Shown one piece after another: positions 51,594-64,000 of a DNA stretch of 64,000 bases (its first letter is position 1; the number at the start of each line of letters is the position of its first letter). The position numbers were made by a program, and so were the translations under genes. Location: positions 1,907,195 through 1,971,194 of the forward strand of contig MU004182.1 in assembly GCA_010093605.1 (NCBI GenBank), written 5' to 3'. A model generated the notes under the pieces. That model was not told the origin of the DNA. It ran no database searches and saw only the letters and a program-made list of their open reading frames with translations. This DNA is from Lophium mytilinum. Its lineage: Eukaryota.

Positions 51594-54500
51594 TCACCCT
51601 CGGATCGGAACATTATTCGGTTGATACTTTCGCAGCTAAAATCGAAGTCAGCATCGCTCCCTCCCACGCGTCCATCAAGAGAACTCACATCTAAGCTGAC
51701 AACCCTACTCGTCATCTTCGCCTGATCCCGCATTACGCCTACCAGCCCCTCACTCTCTTGGAACAGCGCCGCCTTCAAGCTAATCACAATGAACTGCATC
51801 CCGGGCCCTGCATGCTTCTGCACATACCGCGCCACACGCGCGATGTTCACATTATCCAGCGCCGCATCGATCTCGTCCAGCACGAAGAACGGGCTTGGCT
51901 GGAAACTATGGATCGCGAACAGCAGCGCCAGCGCCGCGATCGTCTTCTCACCTCCCGACAGCTCGTTCATCTCGCGGTAGCGCTTGAGCGGGGGCATGGC
52001 GTTGTACGTCAGACCGCCGAGGTAGGGCTCATCGGAGTCGGCCATGTCGATGTTGGCGCGGCCGCCGTCAGGCGCGAGGTGGTCGGTTGTGAGTTCTTTG
52101 TAGGTGACCTTGATCTGCTCCTGGATATGCGTCAAGGCCTTGTTGAAAAGCTCGAGGCGATGCTCCTGGACCTCCTCGAAGAGGGTTTTGGCGCGGAGAG
52201 CGGCGGATTTGGCGGACTCGTAGTCTTTCTCGGCGGTTTTGCCGGTGGAGGTTGTGGCTTCGAGGCGTTCGGCGGCCTTCATATCGACGTTCATCTTCTC
52301 AAGTTGGGAAGTCATGGTTTCGATTTTCTCTTTGAGCTGTTCGCCGCATTCGGGCGACTCGTTCTGTAAGGGTGGTTAGTTAGTAAGGAACTGGAAGTCG
52401 CGAGAAAGGCAATAATCATACCTCCTGCAGCTTCTCGTCAAGTTCGCTATAGTCTAGCTCAATGCCGTAGTCCGGCACTTCTGCCACTTGCATGGTTGCA
52501 TCAGGGTCTTGATCTTCATCGTCCACGTCCATTGCATCAGGGTCGTCCTCCTGTATATGATCATCTAAAGGTAGCGAGTTGAGATCTTTAGACCCGTCTT
52601 CCAGTGGCAAGTCGATCTCTTTGATCCTGCATTCGCGCAGCAGACTGTGCACAGCCCTAGATTCGGTCTTTACGACACCTTCTAGCTCTTTGACCTCTTT
52701 CATGATCCCTTCAACGGCCTTGTTGCGCTTGCGGAGTTGTTTTCGCTGTTCTTCCACAATTTCTACCTTTTCCGCCGACTTCTGTTTTTGAGTGTCGAGA
52801 GACTCCTGGAGTAACTCCAGCTCGGCTTTTGCTACATCAAGCCTCTCTTGGATGCTTTCCTTCTCAAGTTCAGCCTTTGCAATCTCGTCCTGATCCTTCT
52901 TGATTCGGGTCTCGAGACTTTTGATCCGATCGTTGTAGTGGCCCAGCTTCACTGTGTCGGCAGACAGATAGTTCTCGAGAGTCTGGAGCTGATTCTGAAA
53001 CTCCAATCTCTTTTCATCTGCCTTCCGATTGAGTGAGCCCTGCCGAGATTCATAGTCCCTGATGTTTTCGTAACCCAGACGCTGACACCAGGAACCAAAA
53101 AGCTCATCCTCCACTTCGGCGATGGCGTCTTGAAACGTCCTTAGGTTGCTCCTTAGCTCCTCCAAAGCCCGATTCTCTTGGTCATACTTCGGTTGGTTTT
53201 CGTGGAGCTGGTTCGCGAAGAATTTGAGGGCATTCCTGTTGCTTTGAATGTTTCGGTCTAGAGCGTTCGATTCGTCTTGTAACTCTCTGAGACGATTCGA
53301 TAACTGTGCGACCTCGCTCCTCGCTTTCGACCGTTGTGTCACTTCTTGGTCGAACTGGCTGTCCAGTTGCTTGATTCTTTCGAATAATCTCGCTATCTTG
53401 GCATCGATATTCGCGACACTATTGTCGTCCTCCCCCCATTTCTTGGACGCGTTCCTGTCGTCGACTTGTCCTCCTTCTAGGGTCTCTGCCCTGAATACGG
53501 TGCCTTCCAAATCTACGGCCTTTCCACCAACTTTGTGGACATATTGCATATCCTTGGCGATATTGCGGGTATCGCAAATAATGGAGTTACCACAAGCCCA
53601 TTGCATCGCTCGCTCATAAGCGGTATCGTATTCGATGGTATCAATCGCTAAGCGCACACCCTTATACTTGCCCTTGAGATTAGTATTGGCCGACGAGACC
53701 TGCACGGTGTCCAGAGGGATGAACGTGATCGCAGGATGTTGCTGGTCCTTGACGTAGTTGATGCATTCGTTGGCAATGCTGACGTTCTTGACTACCACGG
53801 CATCTACGTTTTTCCCGAAAACAACACCGATAGCTCGTTGGTACTTGGTTTCCTTGGGCTTGCATAGCAATTGGATCGTACCGTGTACGTCGCCACTATG
53901 CGTTTGCTTCAACTTCCTGACCATTTCTCGAAGGTTCTTTTCTTTCTGGGACTCTCTGCGGGTAGAATCAGCCCGATTTTTTTCCTCCAGTGACAGTCTT
54001 AACGAGTCTTCCGAAAGCCTTTTATTTTTTTTCATGTCTTCAATACTCGAGTCGAGCTTGGTGTTTGCAATGTCTTGTTTCTTCATCTCCACTTGTACCT
54101 GCTTCATCTCTGTCTTGATGGCTGTCTGGCGATCAACTAACTCTGCAATCTCCTCCTCGAGCTTTGTGACTTGGGACTGGGGGCTTTCAAGCTTGCTCTT
54201 TAGATTCTTGACAGTGTCCTCGGTAGTGTTGAGTCGTCGGGTGAGATCGTTCACCTGTCCCTTGTCTGCAGATGTCCGCTTCGTGACCTCGCCCTTCAGT
54301 CTGTTATACTCCTGGCGATCTGCTTCGGTCGGTTCTCGGCCCTCACGCTGATTTAGCTGCTTCCAATCAGCCTCCCACTTTTCCTGAGCCTTCTTAACTT
54401 TGCCAATTTCCTTCTTGTAGTGCTCGATAGTCCCTGTTTGTTTATCGCGATCGGCCTTGATCTTGAGAATCTGTGTCTGGAGGTCTTGTACCCTTTTGGA

Positions 54501-55615
54501 GGTATGTTCTATCTTCAAGCTGACAGGATATATGGTCTTCTTGGCCTCTTCGATGTCGTGCTCCTTGCCCCTGATTGCTCTCTCTGTCTTCGAAGCCTCG
54601 CGTGTAGCCTGTGCTTGCTCTCGCTTTGCTTCCTCGACTTTCTGGTGATACTTTTCCAAGCCGCGCCTATGCTCTTTGAGCTCGTCCTGGTGCTTTTGGA
54701 TCTCCTCGCCAGACTGCTGAATGACGCGCTCGTGATGGAATAGCCGCCACAAATAGTGGTCGACAACAGCCTGGTCGCGCTCGGCAGCTTTGCGCTCGTA
54801 CTCCTCGGCTATTTCCTTTTCCTGCCTCAGATGTCTGATGTCGGCATTGACCTGACGCCGTTGGCCGAGTTTGTCGTTCTGAGTCTCGAGTGCTTCCGCC
54901 GCCTCCCTCTTCAGCTTATCGTATTCACTCTTGTACTCCAGGCTGCCTGATATCTGCTCGATTAGGGTGGTTAGGGCTGTGGGGGACTGCGAGGCCACGG
55001 CTTCGACGTCCCCCTGGAAGACAAGGAAGTTTCGAGCTTTGATCAAGATGGCTTCTTCCTCGAGGGCTTGATTGTACTCCTTGGCAGTGACGATGCGATT
55101 GTTGATGCGGTATTCGCTTGTGCCAGCGGTGGTGACGGTCCGTTTCCACTTCTGCTCATCGCCAGCCTCGTCCTCGTAGACGGCCATGACCCATGCCGAC
55201 TGCGGAGTGTTCCGCTGGCTGCTTGTCTGCGACCCTGCTTCGCCGCCATCCCCGTTTGTAGCTTCGGTAGCAGTGCCGTCGGCGTTGATTTTGGAGGCGC
55301 TAAGAACATGAGGGCGGTAGATGAGTTCGCGAAGATGCGTAGAGCGTAGATGGCTTGACTTGATACCTAGGACGAAGGAAATTGCATCCATGCTGCATGC
55401 GCCAGTAAGAATAGCTCTGTGCGTGTGTGGTAGGGTACTCACGAGTTTGACTTGCCAGAGCCATTGGGACCGATGATGGAGGTGAAGTACGAGTCGCCAA
55501 AGAGCAAGACATGGTGGCCGCGATAGGACTTGAAGTCTGTGGGTTGTGAGCGGAGGCTTCATATCGGAGTGGGGTGCGACATACCCTTGACTTCAAGACG
55601 GACGAGTTTGCCCAT
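51594..55615 (-). CDS. SMC1: Cohesin subunit SMC1
   Basis: MGKLVRLEVK|DFKSYRG, IIGPNGSGKSN (Walker A), MDAISFVLGIKSSHLRS, ARNFLVFQGDVE, coiled coils and hinge, LSGGEKT signature, PFFVLDEIDAALD. Several introns. Confidence 0.97.
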
Positions 55616-55759
55616 GACGGAGGTGCTGTCGCGTTACTAAGCCGTCGTTTGAATGCAGTCGCACAGCTGCAAGTGGTTGGAAGGTGGAGTTGAGGGCTGT
55701 CAATTCCGAAGGATCATGGCGGTTTGCGAGGTGTTGATGGCTATTCACAATGGCCGCTT

Positions 55760-55808
55760 GTCGCGAGCGCGTCGGTGCTCCGCCATAGTTTAGCAGTCAC
55801 GTGACGTC
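55760..55808. promoter_or_regulatory. CGCG (MCB-like) motifs and GTCACGTGAC E-box palindrome in the SMC1/GPC1 divergent promoter
   Basis: TCGCGAGCGCGTC at about 55761-55773 and GTCACGTGAC at 55796-55805. Motif match only. Confidence 0.35.
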
Positions 55809-56298
55809 TAAACTCCTGTCTTACTTTCACCGCAAGAGTCAGTCAAGTAGGTTCCTATACTAGAGCTTGAGTGGCTGTTCTCCTCCTCGACTCCTCGTGC
55901 ATTATAATAGTTCTAAAGGCAGCAGCAGCAGAGACCAGCATCTGCGTCCAGAACTCGAACAGAAGTCTAAGATAATACAGCGGATTAGGCGGATATCGAC
56001 CTATGACGCGGTATCCCGCCCAACTCCCAATCAACTCTTTCTTTGCCAGCACGCTTCAGCATCAACAACAACCCACAACCACTTCACGCCTTTACGACCC
56101 CTCCTATATCACACCCACCTGCCGCTAAGAAGGTCCTGCAGATAGGTCTGGGCTGTCATGAAGACCATGTTCTTCTGCTCGTAGACACAAAAGTGCGCCG
56201 CTCCGTCCCCCAGCTCCCACATTTCCACCTCCCTTGCAAAGGGATGGAAGAAGCTAGCGAAGTGTATTCTTCGACTACAACCTTACTAACCACCTGCC

Positions 56299-58076
56299 AT
56301 GGCCATAGTCTCCCCGCCGCGCGTGTACACGCGCACCTCTCACTCCCGTAACACCTCCATCACCAGCCTGCACTCCGTCCCCGAGGACACTCCCCTAGCA
56401 CCCACCATGCCTTCTCCAACTCTTGACCCGAAGTCTCGCTCGCAACCTGAGATAGGTGCTTCTTCTACGCTCTCGACGGCGCCCCTTCCGGGAGACTCTA
56501 CACACGCGGGAACCGCCCTCTTGGGTGAGGATTCAGGCCCTAAGTCGCCCAGCACCCCATATTCCACGACTACGACCCCAGGGCTCTCCCGTAACCCATC
56601 TTTCTCGAACAGCAGCACCTACCGCGATGATGCCTCAGATGACGGCTCTTTCTTCCCTCCAGTGGATCGGCTCACAATGTTCGACTTCCTCGAGAACCTC
56701 GCTCTACCGCAGCGGCTCGAGAAGCTACAAACAAGCATCCAACAGCAAACTGAGAAGGTTCGGCGCCAGCAAGCACGCCTGAAGTCTACCGGACAATCTG
56801 CAAAAGATAGAGTAGTGGACGAATGGCGGCGGAGGCTCCCAACACCAGACGAACAGCTGGACAAATACAAGAAGCGAATGAAGGAAAGCGTGGAAAAGCT
56901 TGGTACGAGATGGAATGATAACAAGGCTGTTACGATGCGCGAGAAGCTGTCCTTCATTTCCGGTGTCATGAACATCTTCGTCTCGGGCTACCTGATCGGT
57001 GCACACCCGGAGTGGTTTCATTACTGGTACACAGTACAGCTCTTGTACTTCATGCCCATCCGATACTACACCTACCATAAGAAAGGATATCACTATTTCC
57101 TCGCCGACCTCTGCTACTTCGTAAACCTCCTTGCTCTGTTGAGCATCTGGATATTCCCCAACTCAAAACGGCTCTTTATAAGCACCTATTGCCTTGCCAT
57201 GGGAAACAACGCCGTAGCTATAGCTATGTGGCGCAACTCACTCGTCTTCCACTCCCTCGACAAAGTCACCAGGTACGTCCTTTCCTATCTACTCCCTATC
57301 CACTCTCAGAGCCCGCTAACATTACCAGCCTTTTCATCCACATCATGCCTTGCGTTACCCTCCACTGCCTCGTGCACCTCCTACCCCCTACCCTCCAAGC
57401 AACCCGGTTCCCTGCCATCTACACGATCAAAACCTCCCCGCCCACATCCCCTGAACACTATACCCTGCCGCAAATGCTCCTCTGGGCCACCTGCCCCTAC
57501 GCCATCTGGCAGCTCTCCTACCACCTTCTCATCACCGTCCGCCGGCGCGAGAAAATCCGTGCCGGCAGGCCTACCTCGTTTACCTGGATGCGGAAATCAT
57601 ACGCCCCGACACTCCTCGGCAAACTCGTGCTCTCGCTCCCAGACTCGCTCCAAGAACCGGCGTTCATGCTGATCCAGTATAGTTACGCGTGCGTGACGAT
57701 GCTCCCTTGCCCAATCTGGTTCTGGTACAGATGGGCGAGTGGCGGATTTCTCGCTGCCGTATTCATCTGGAGCGTGTACAACGGCGCCACGTACTATATC
57801 GATGTGTTTGGGAATCGGTGGCAGAAGGAGCTAGAGGCGTTGAGGCGGGATGTGGCCAAGTGGCAGGGGAGTCCGGAGGGGATAAGTGGGGCGGTGACGC
57901 CTGGAATCACTCCTCGCAGCAACACTGAGGGAGGGAAGGAGGCGAAGCAAGAGAAGGACGAAGATGAGAGGCGGTCGTCGTTAGATCGTATTCCACCGCT
58001 TGACGGCGGAAGTGCGACGGGGGTAAAGGTAGAAGGCCAAGGGGAGAGCGATGGGAATTTGAGAGAGAGGAAGTGA
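56299..58076 (+). CDS. GPC1: Glycerophosphocholine acyltransferase (DUF2838 family)
   Basis: GYHYFLADLCYFVN, AIAMWRNSLVFHSLDKVT|SLFIHIMP across an intron at about 57273-57328, GRPTSFTWMRKSY, WSVYNGATYYIDVFG. Confidence 0.9.
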
Positions 58077-58694
58077 TAGGTCTTCGCAGTTCACGTCAGA
58101 TTCTGGGTACTCCTCTCAAATCATTCAGCAGTTTCAGCTTACACGACGATGCATGATCTTGGTGCTGGGATATCAGTTTAATTTGGTAGCGCTTTCTGTT
58201 CACCTGTAATCCGTTTCGCGCATTCAATTTGTTTAACGATGACACTTTGGCAAGAGAATGGATCTACTTAGGTCGGATATACCCCTTTTCATTAAGTCGA
58301 AACCTGCTTTGCAGTTGAGATGGTTGGGCTAGATCAAAGTAATAGGAATGATTTCTACATCCAGTGAGGTTTGGCCGCTTGAGCATCATTTTCACTCTGT
58401 CTTGTCAAATCTGGGATACTACATTGTATGTTCTCCGGTAATCCGGACTCTTATCTCGTCTCGGAACAACAATCCTCTTGCTCACCGCTTATTGAGGGTC
58501 CTTAGACCTCACTTTGCCGTCTGACACGATCACGTGCCTAACGCCTTTCGGCCAACACTTCACTTTATACATCAACTAACCTCTAGATCTTTTCTCCCTC
58601 CAAAATCTTTTCTTCTATCCTCAATCTCTATAGAGAATTTGATGAGGGCAAATCCGTTTGCAGATTGGAATCTTCGGACCCGGCATACTTTACC

Positions 58695-60358
58695 ATGTCA
58701 TTCTCTTTCATCCCCGGCGTCGAGGCTGATTCGACCAAGATCCACGGCAGCGTTGAGGTAGTATGGAAGGATGCGGCTGGTAACAAAATATTGGCCACGG
58801 AACTCTTCCCTGTTAATAGTATGGGAGATAGCGGTATACTAACCATCCTTCTCACAGGTTCTGATATTGACTGCTGACCATGTGTTCACAGATGGGACCG
58901 CGGTCCAGCAGAGGGAATTTGCCACCACGCAACACCTCAAATTCGCCATTCCCGGAGCGGAGCTTGACTTGGAGAAGATACAGGGCTCTGTACAGATCAT
59001 CTGGAAGAACGAAGCTGGAACACAGGTCCTGGACACCGAGCTCCTTTCGGTAGCAGTTAAAGTGACCAACTGTATGTCTACAGGCTTTCTGAACATGCTA
59101 ATGCAGCGCACTAACATGATTTCAAAGGCGAAACATCAACTGGACAGCAAGGCCCACCAAGCACTCCACGTCCCACCATCACCATTCCCGGCATAGAAGT
59201 CGACGTAGCCAAAATCCAAGGGAGCGTACAGATCATCTGGAAGCATGCAGCCGGTACCGAGATACTGTCCACGGAACTCTTCTCTGTTAATGGCGTGGCG
59301 GATAGCGGTATGCACATACATCGCCTCTTATATTCTCGTTGAGACCATTTCCTAACTTGTCTCGCAGATACAGCATCAGTTTCCCAAAGGGAATCTTCCG
59401 GCGTACACCAGTCTGTCACTACTCCAGATGATCCTTCGGATCCGGCCACGGTCCAATCACTGATCATCAAATTGGGACCAATTGGAAGGAAGCGCAGTGC
59501 GCCTACATCGTCTTCAAGTGGGACATTAAAGCCCGCATTCAAGAAAAAGAAGAAAGAGAGGGTGAAAGGTACAGGCATTTCTTCTCGACGTGTTGAGATC
59601 TTGTACTCACATACCTCATAGGAACACCATCAATCGCCTCTGCGGATTCTTCCAGGAATTCAAGTTCCCTCATCACGTCCAATGAGCCATCGATGCCGGT
59701 CACATCTACCCCTAAAACGGTTGCCCGAACTGAACTAACTCAAACTGAATCCGGGCACGGGATCTTGGGGCAGACTTCGATGGGGTCCATCAAAGATCAT
59801 TCCTTGCAAGATAGAATCGCGGCTCTTCGTTCGGAATACGCAACAGCCCGACCCTCAGGCCCTAGCGACAGCTCCGTGGTCACCCCTGTCACTACGGGTA
59901 CTAAAACAAGCCCCAGTACTGCTCTCAACTGCGAAAGCGCGGATACAATCAATGACCGGGGAATCTTCATCTTCGCTAGTCGAAGAAGTGGGCGGAATGA
60001 CTCGGAGATTCATCAAGGCTTCGTTTACATGAATCTCGAAAATTTGACCATAGTGGTGTGCCATCACGACAGAGTAGACGCTATCCCAGCTGCATACTTC
60101 TGTAAGTCAGACTCTCAATTACTCCCAAATACTGGACCTAATTCAGACCTAGTTAAAGCAGATCACGTCCCCTGTAGATCTAGCACTTACCATATGATCA
60201 CGTTCCGCGGCTTTCTGGCGAGCGAAGACGACCGGCTCTTCTGGCTCCGTATGCCTCCGAAGACGCAGCCTGAAAATTACTGGTACAAGAACGAGGCAAC
60301 CCACAATAGCAAACACTTGCAGCTTTTCCTGGATGATGTTGCAAAAGCCTTAAGATAG
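58695..60358 (+). CDS. Orphan protein: three exon-encoded repeats, low-complexity linker with basic NLS-like motif, C-terminal globular domain
   Basis: Introns 58834-58891, 59072-59127, 59308-59367, 59569-59621 and probably 60102-60152 join one open frame. Repeats read IPG(V/A/I)E.D..KI.GSV.(V/I)(V/I)WK..AG..(I/V)L.TEL. KKKKKERVK follows. Confidence 0.8.
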
Positions 60359-62057
60359 GACTTAAGGTTCTAGTACACCTCCAAAATTTCTGCGGACCTT
60401 ATCAATGCCCGAGTCACTTTCTTTAGCGTTGGAAAAATTTACTTACATTTCTCCCCACTCCTTAGTAATCAAGACATTGGGGCTTGAAAAAGCCTCCTTT
60501 TTTGAGGATATCTGCCTAGAGAGACATCAGATCAGCGTGCTAGGTCGACCTCTTTATATTTTCTAGATAGCTCTCAAGTCCAATCTGATCTTGTCTTTTC
60601 AATCTGTGTCGTACGATTCAATGTCTCGCTCTCTTCACTTTCAGGGTAAAGCAATGGCACGGTGGCAGTACCTGGAATATAATCTATGAGGTACTGCATG
60701 CTACTGTCTGAGATACCTTTAGAAATTATGCGATGTACAATCCTAAGCAGCGCGAATTGGATTGGGGTTGAAAGCTCTCAATCAACCTAGCTTTCCGTTG
60801 CCGAGGGTAGACTCGCATGCGAGAAGAAATCTCAAAGAGAGAGCAGACAGACTTGTATTCTAGTACTGCATTCGACCCACATTGGATGCTAACAGGATAT
60901 TGAAGGTCCGATGGCTATGGCGAAGAGGGAACTTGCTGGATTATTGGTGGAGTTTCGGGGGATCCAATTGGCGGACATCTGAAGGGCCAGACGGAGGTAA
61001 CAGTCCGGGAGTCTGCGCTTTTGACTGCATTGTCACTGACCAGACCTTCAAACAAAAGCATGAGGTAGGTCCTGAAAAAAGCCTACAGTGGCTTATCATT
61101 GCTAGAAATTAGTCTGACGAGAGGTGCTTGTGTGAATACCTGTAAGAACAACTTCACTTAAGGCTTGAGATTCACATGGCTGACGACTAGGCTGGCTATA
61201 TCAGTCAAGATGGCCATCAGAGACATAGTGCTTTACCATGACCTTGACTGTATCAAAGCTTTTGGCATCGTCGGCTACGAACCCGGTTATGGGATCACCG
61301 GTGGTTCTGTTTCACTGGTATTGGACATCGGGTGCGCTATAAGGAACAGAAGTCATAAGAAGGGAACTGGAAGGACTTTTCGGTACCGCAGACTATCAAT
61401 TCAGTTCTGTGACGCTCACTGAAGATGCATTCCAAGACATCCAGGAAAATCACAGGTAAGCAGGTCATCGGACCTAACAAGTCTATCCTAAAACAACATC
61501 AGCATCTCTGTGGCACACTCGTACCCTCTTCTCCAACAGCCTCTTCCCGGTTCATTTTACTTCTACCGCCATTCAACGTAGGTACACACCGCAGAGTCCT
61601 GCACTTGGCATTGGCTTGCTTGGCCTTCGCTCTTCCGAGCAACTTCTATCCGGTTCATCTCACCTCTACCTTGATTCAACTTGCACGCTGCTGATTCCTT
61701 CTCAAATTACATGTCGTTGCTCAACAACGTAACCTGGAGCCAGCTCACCAACTACTCTAAGGATCTTCCAACTTAATGGCTTTTCGGCTATCACCTCCGA
61801 GTTAACTTCCGACCGCAACAGCCCAGCCGGCAGATATCACGGAGATTTCTCCGTCGTAGTCTGCTTGATATTTCACTTTTCATTGCTAGTCTCGACTTCT
61901 CGTAGACACGAAGCGCATCTCCTCTTCGCAGCGGGCGCGCGCAAATAGCTGGACAGCTTCTCACTTTCCATTCCTACCAGGCATTTCGTTTCCGCGCCAG
62001 CTCCGCACGCCTCGGCCGTATCATGCATCGCAATAGCTGTATCTAAAAGCAACAATC

Positions 62058-63991
62058 ATGGCACGCCGCGTCACCTTCCCCGGTCTCGACCTCTACATTG
62101 GTCAGCTCCATGGCAAATTGTCCATGTCTTTGGCATCGAAGACATACCCTAGCTTCTCATTGGAGCTATATGGCACTACGCAAAGCAGTTCTATTGAGTA
62201 TCATCAAAGCCCTCCCCCTAGCGGACTCAGCTCCCCAATCGCCAGGCGAATCATGTTGCCTGGGCTGAATCTGGACGTCTTAAGACTGGGAGGCATTCTG
62301 AAGTTGTGCTTTGAAGGGCTTGAAGGTGCGAGACTCGTATACGAGCTGGCTGGATGTGACGAGCAACTTAACCCAGCTACTATCACAACACCGTTCAGCC
62401 ATCAGGCAGACCCTGAGAAGTCGCCCAACCCAACGAAAAGCTCCTCTGAATCTCCGGTGGCGCAGTCTTCCCCTATAAAGCCTTCCGCTACAAAGTCTTC
62501 CGCTGCGCAGTCTCCCGCAAACGCAAACGGGAATAGCAACCAACAGAAACACTTACCAGCATCGAAAGAGAACGTAGCCAAGCCACGTTTGAAGGTACCA
62601 TCATCCAGTCCCCAGGACCCCGAGTCAGTCCTCAACAATAGCATAACTCAGCAGTCAATCAGCACACCTCAAACGTCCTCGACGGAGAGTCTTCCATCCC
62701 TTAGTACCCCCAGGTCTACCATTCCCACTAAATCTCCGCAAACATCCTCTACATCGCCAGTAAGCTTAGACGCCGGGCACCCCGTCCAAAAACCGACTGT
62801 TGCTGTTGCTGTCGTTACGAAGGCCGCCTCACTCAACCCCACCTCGGCCATATCGACACCCGCTAAGGCAGCATGGCCTCGTAGTCCACAGGTCCCAGCC
62901 ATCACGGACAAAAGGCCATGCAACGCTCCGACATCAGCACCAGCAGCAAAGAAGATTAAGATAAAGGTTGAAGGGCATACGGTGTCTAACGTGACAGCAC
63001 CCGACAAGCGTTATGGCTTGCTGGGGTATCTCGAAGAGACCCCCATCATCAAAGCCGAAAATCCAGCCACTACAGAAGTCGGATCTGGTAATTCTGAGCT
63101 GAAGACATCTACTGTCACTCAAGCCCAGCCTGCAGGTATCAACACAGTACCCAACTCTGGGGCAACTTCTGGTCTCCAAGCACCAGCTGGTCAGGCTAGC
63201 ACAGTCAACGTGGCAATTTCCGAGCCCTCGCCAGATTCCGCCATACAAATTCAACTACTGGAAACCAAGGTTTTGCTTGCGGTGAGAAGTTTGGAATGGC
63301 TGAAGGGCAAACGGTCTTTCGACGAAGTGGAACTCCCGCAGCGGCGTGAAGCATGGAAGTCTTATCTAATGGCATTCCAAGAACTAGCCAGCTTCAAGGC
63401 GAAGCAAACTGATACCAGGCGAGCGCAAGATCGATTGATCTTTCAAGCGGCTGGAGAGGCTATAAAAGCGGTGGCCAAGGAGAAAGAAGAGGCTCTAAGA
63501 GACATGGATGTCATTTATGTCTATGGCTACAATACTACCCCAAGATTAGGCTTCAGAACATACGGGAAGCTCCGCATTGATCTGAAAGCTCGGTCACTGC
63601 ACTGGGAATACGTCGATGTATCGCGCGCTGAAGACGTCAGCCTCTACGCAAGTAGTAAGTACTCTAATTTGTGCTTGTTTGTTCCGCAAGAAAAGAACCT
63701 AATATCATGATAGCGAGCGTGTCATTGACCCGCGCCAGTCCTGGAATTCTGCTGCTGGAACTGCGCGCTGGCCGGATGGGGATTGGAACGTACTTTTCCA
63801 TAAAGGTCTCTGACAGCCACAAGATCCATGGCGTGACTCCCAAGAGCTACGAATGGAGGAAGTCACATACGGAGAACAATATTTGGGTTTACCCGGGTGT
63901 GGTTGACATCATAAAATCCCTTCGACCACTCAGTAAAGCGAAGAGCATGATCGCTAACTCCAGCGCTACGGCTAGCTCTACAGTAGCTTAA
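62058..63991 (+). CDS. Orphan protein: two N-terminal repeats, long S/T/P-rich region, NLS-like motif, helical segment, C-terminal domain
   Basis: 550-aa ORF joined through intron 63655-63713 (GTAAGT..CTAAT..TAG) to the 63714-63991 frame. Repeats ARRVTFPGLDLYIGQLHGKL and ARRIMLPGLNLDVLRLGGIL. KRP...AKKIKIK. Confidence 0.8.
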
Positions 63992-64000
63992 GCCATAATG

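Noticed and set aside
52416..55562. N-terminus of the 1048-aa ORF (MKPPLTTHRL...) as an unusual SMC1 extension
   Set aside because: It is read-through of introns and an out-of-frame exon. The spliced gene starts at 55615 with a normal Walker A motif.
21625..63254. Numerous 60-200 aa antisense or alternate-frame ORFs in the track
   Set aside because: They are shadows of real genes or random intergenic ORFs with no recognisable motifs.

Overview
This is a filamentous-ascomycete (Pezizomycotina-type) window with spliceosomal introns and heavy RIP damage. Bases 1-21312 are AT-rich, RIP-degraded repeat DNA: an unclassified element (1-6893), then two chromodomain Ty3/Gypsy retrotransposons of one family, one nested inside the other with a 5-bp TSD, then an LTR-like fragment. 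The rest is gene-dense. In order it holds a DUF2306-like membrane protein divergently paired with a Zn2Cys6 factor, a compact nitrogen-catabolic-looking cluster (Zn2Cys6 TF, PuuE-type allantoinase-like hydrolase, MFS transporter, amidase, SDR), an ankyrin protein, a peroxisomal AhpD-like protein, a heme-thiolate peroxygenase with a full-length RIP'd Mutator element just upstream, ATP25, SMC1, GPC1, and two orphan genes. The most striking unexplained structure is a Pol III-type tRNA-like gene at 38734-38894 whose anticodon loop is replaced by a near-continuous ~50-bp hairpin, resembling a pre-miRNA on a tRNA scaffold, with a degenerate sibling at 40854-41063. Also notable are the two adjacent orphan genes (58695-63991), which share an unrecognised repeated N-terminal module and a related C-terminal domain. 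All calls come from reading the sequence by eye; no database searches were run.
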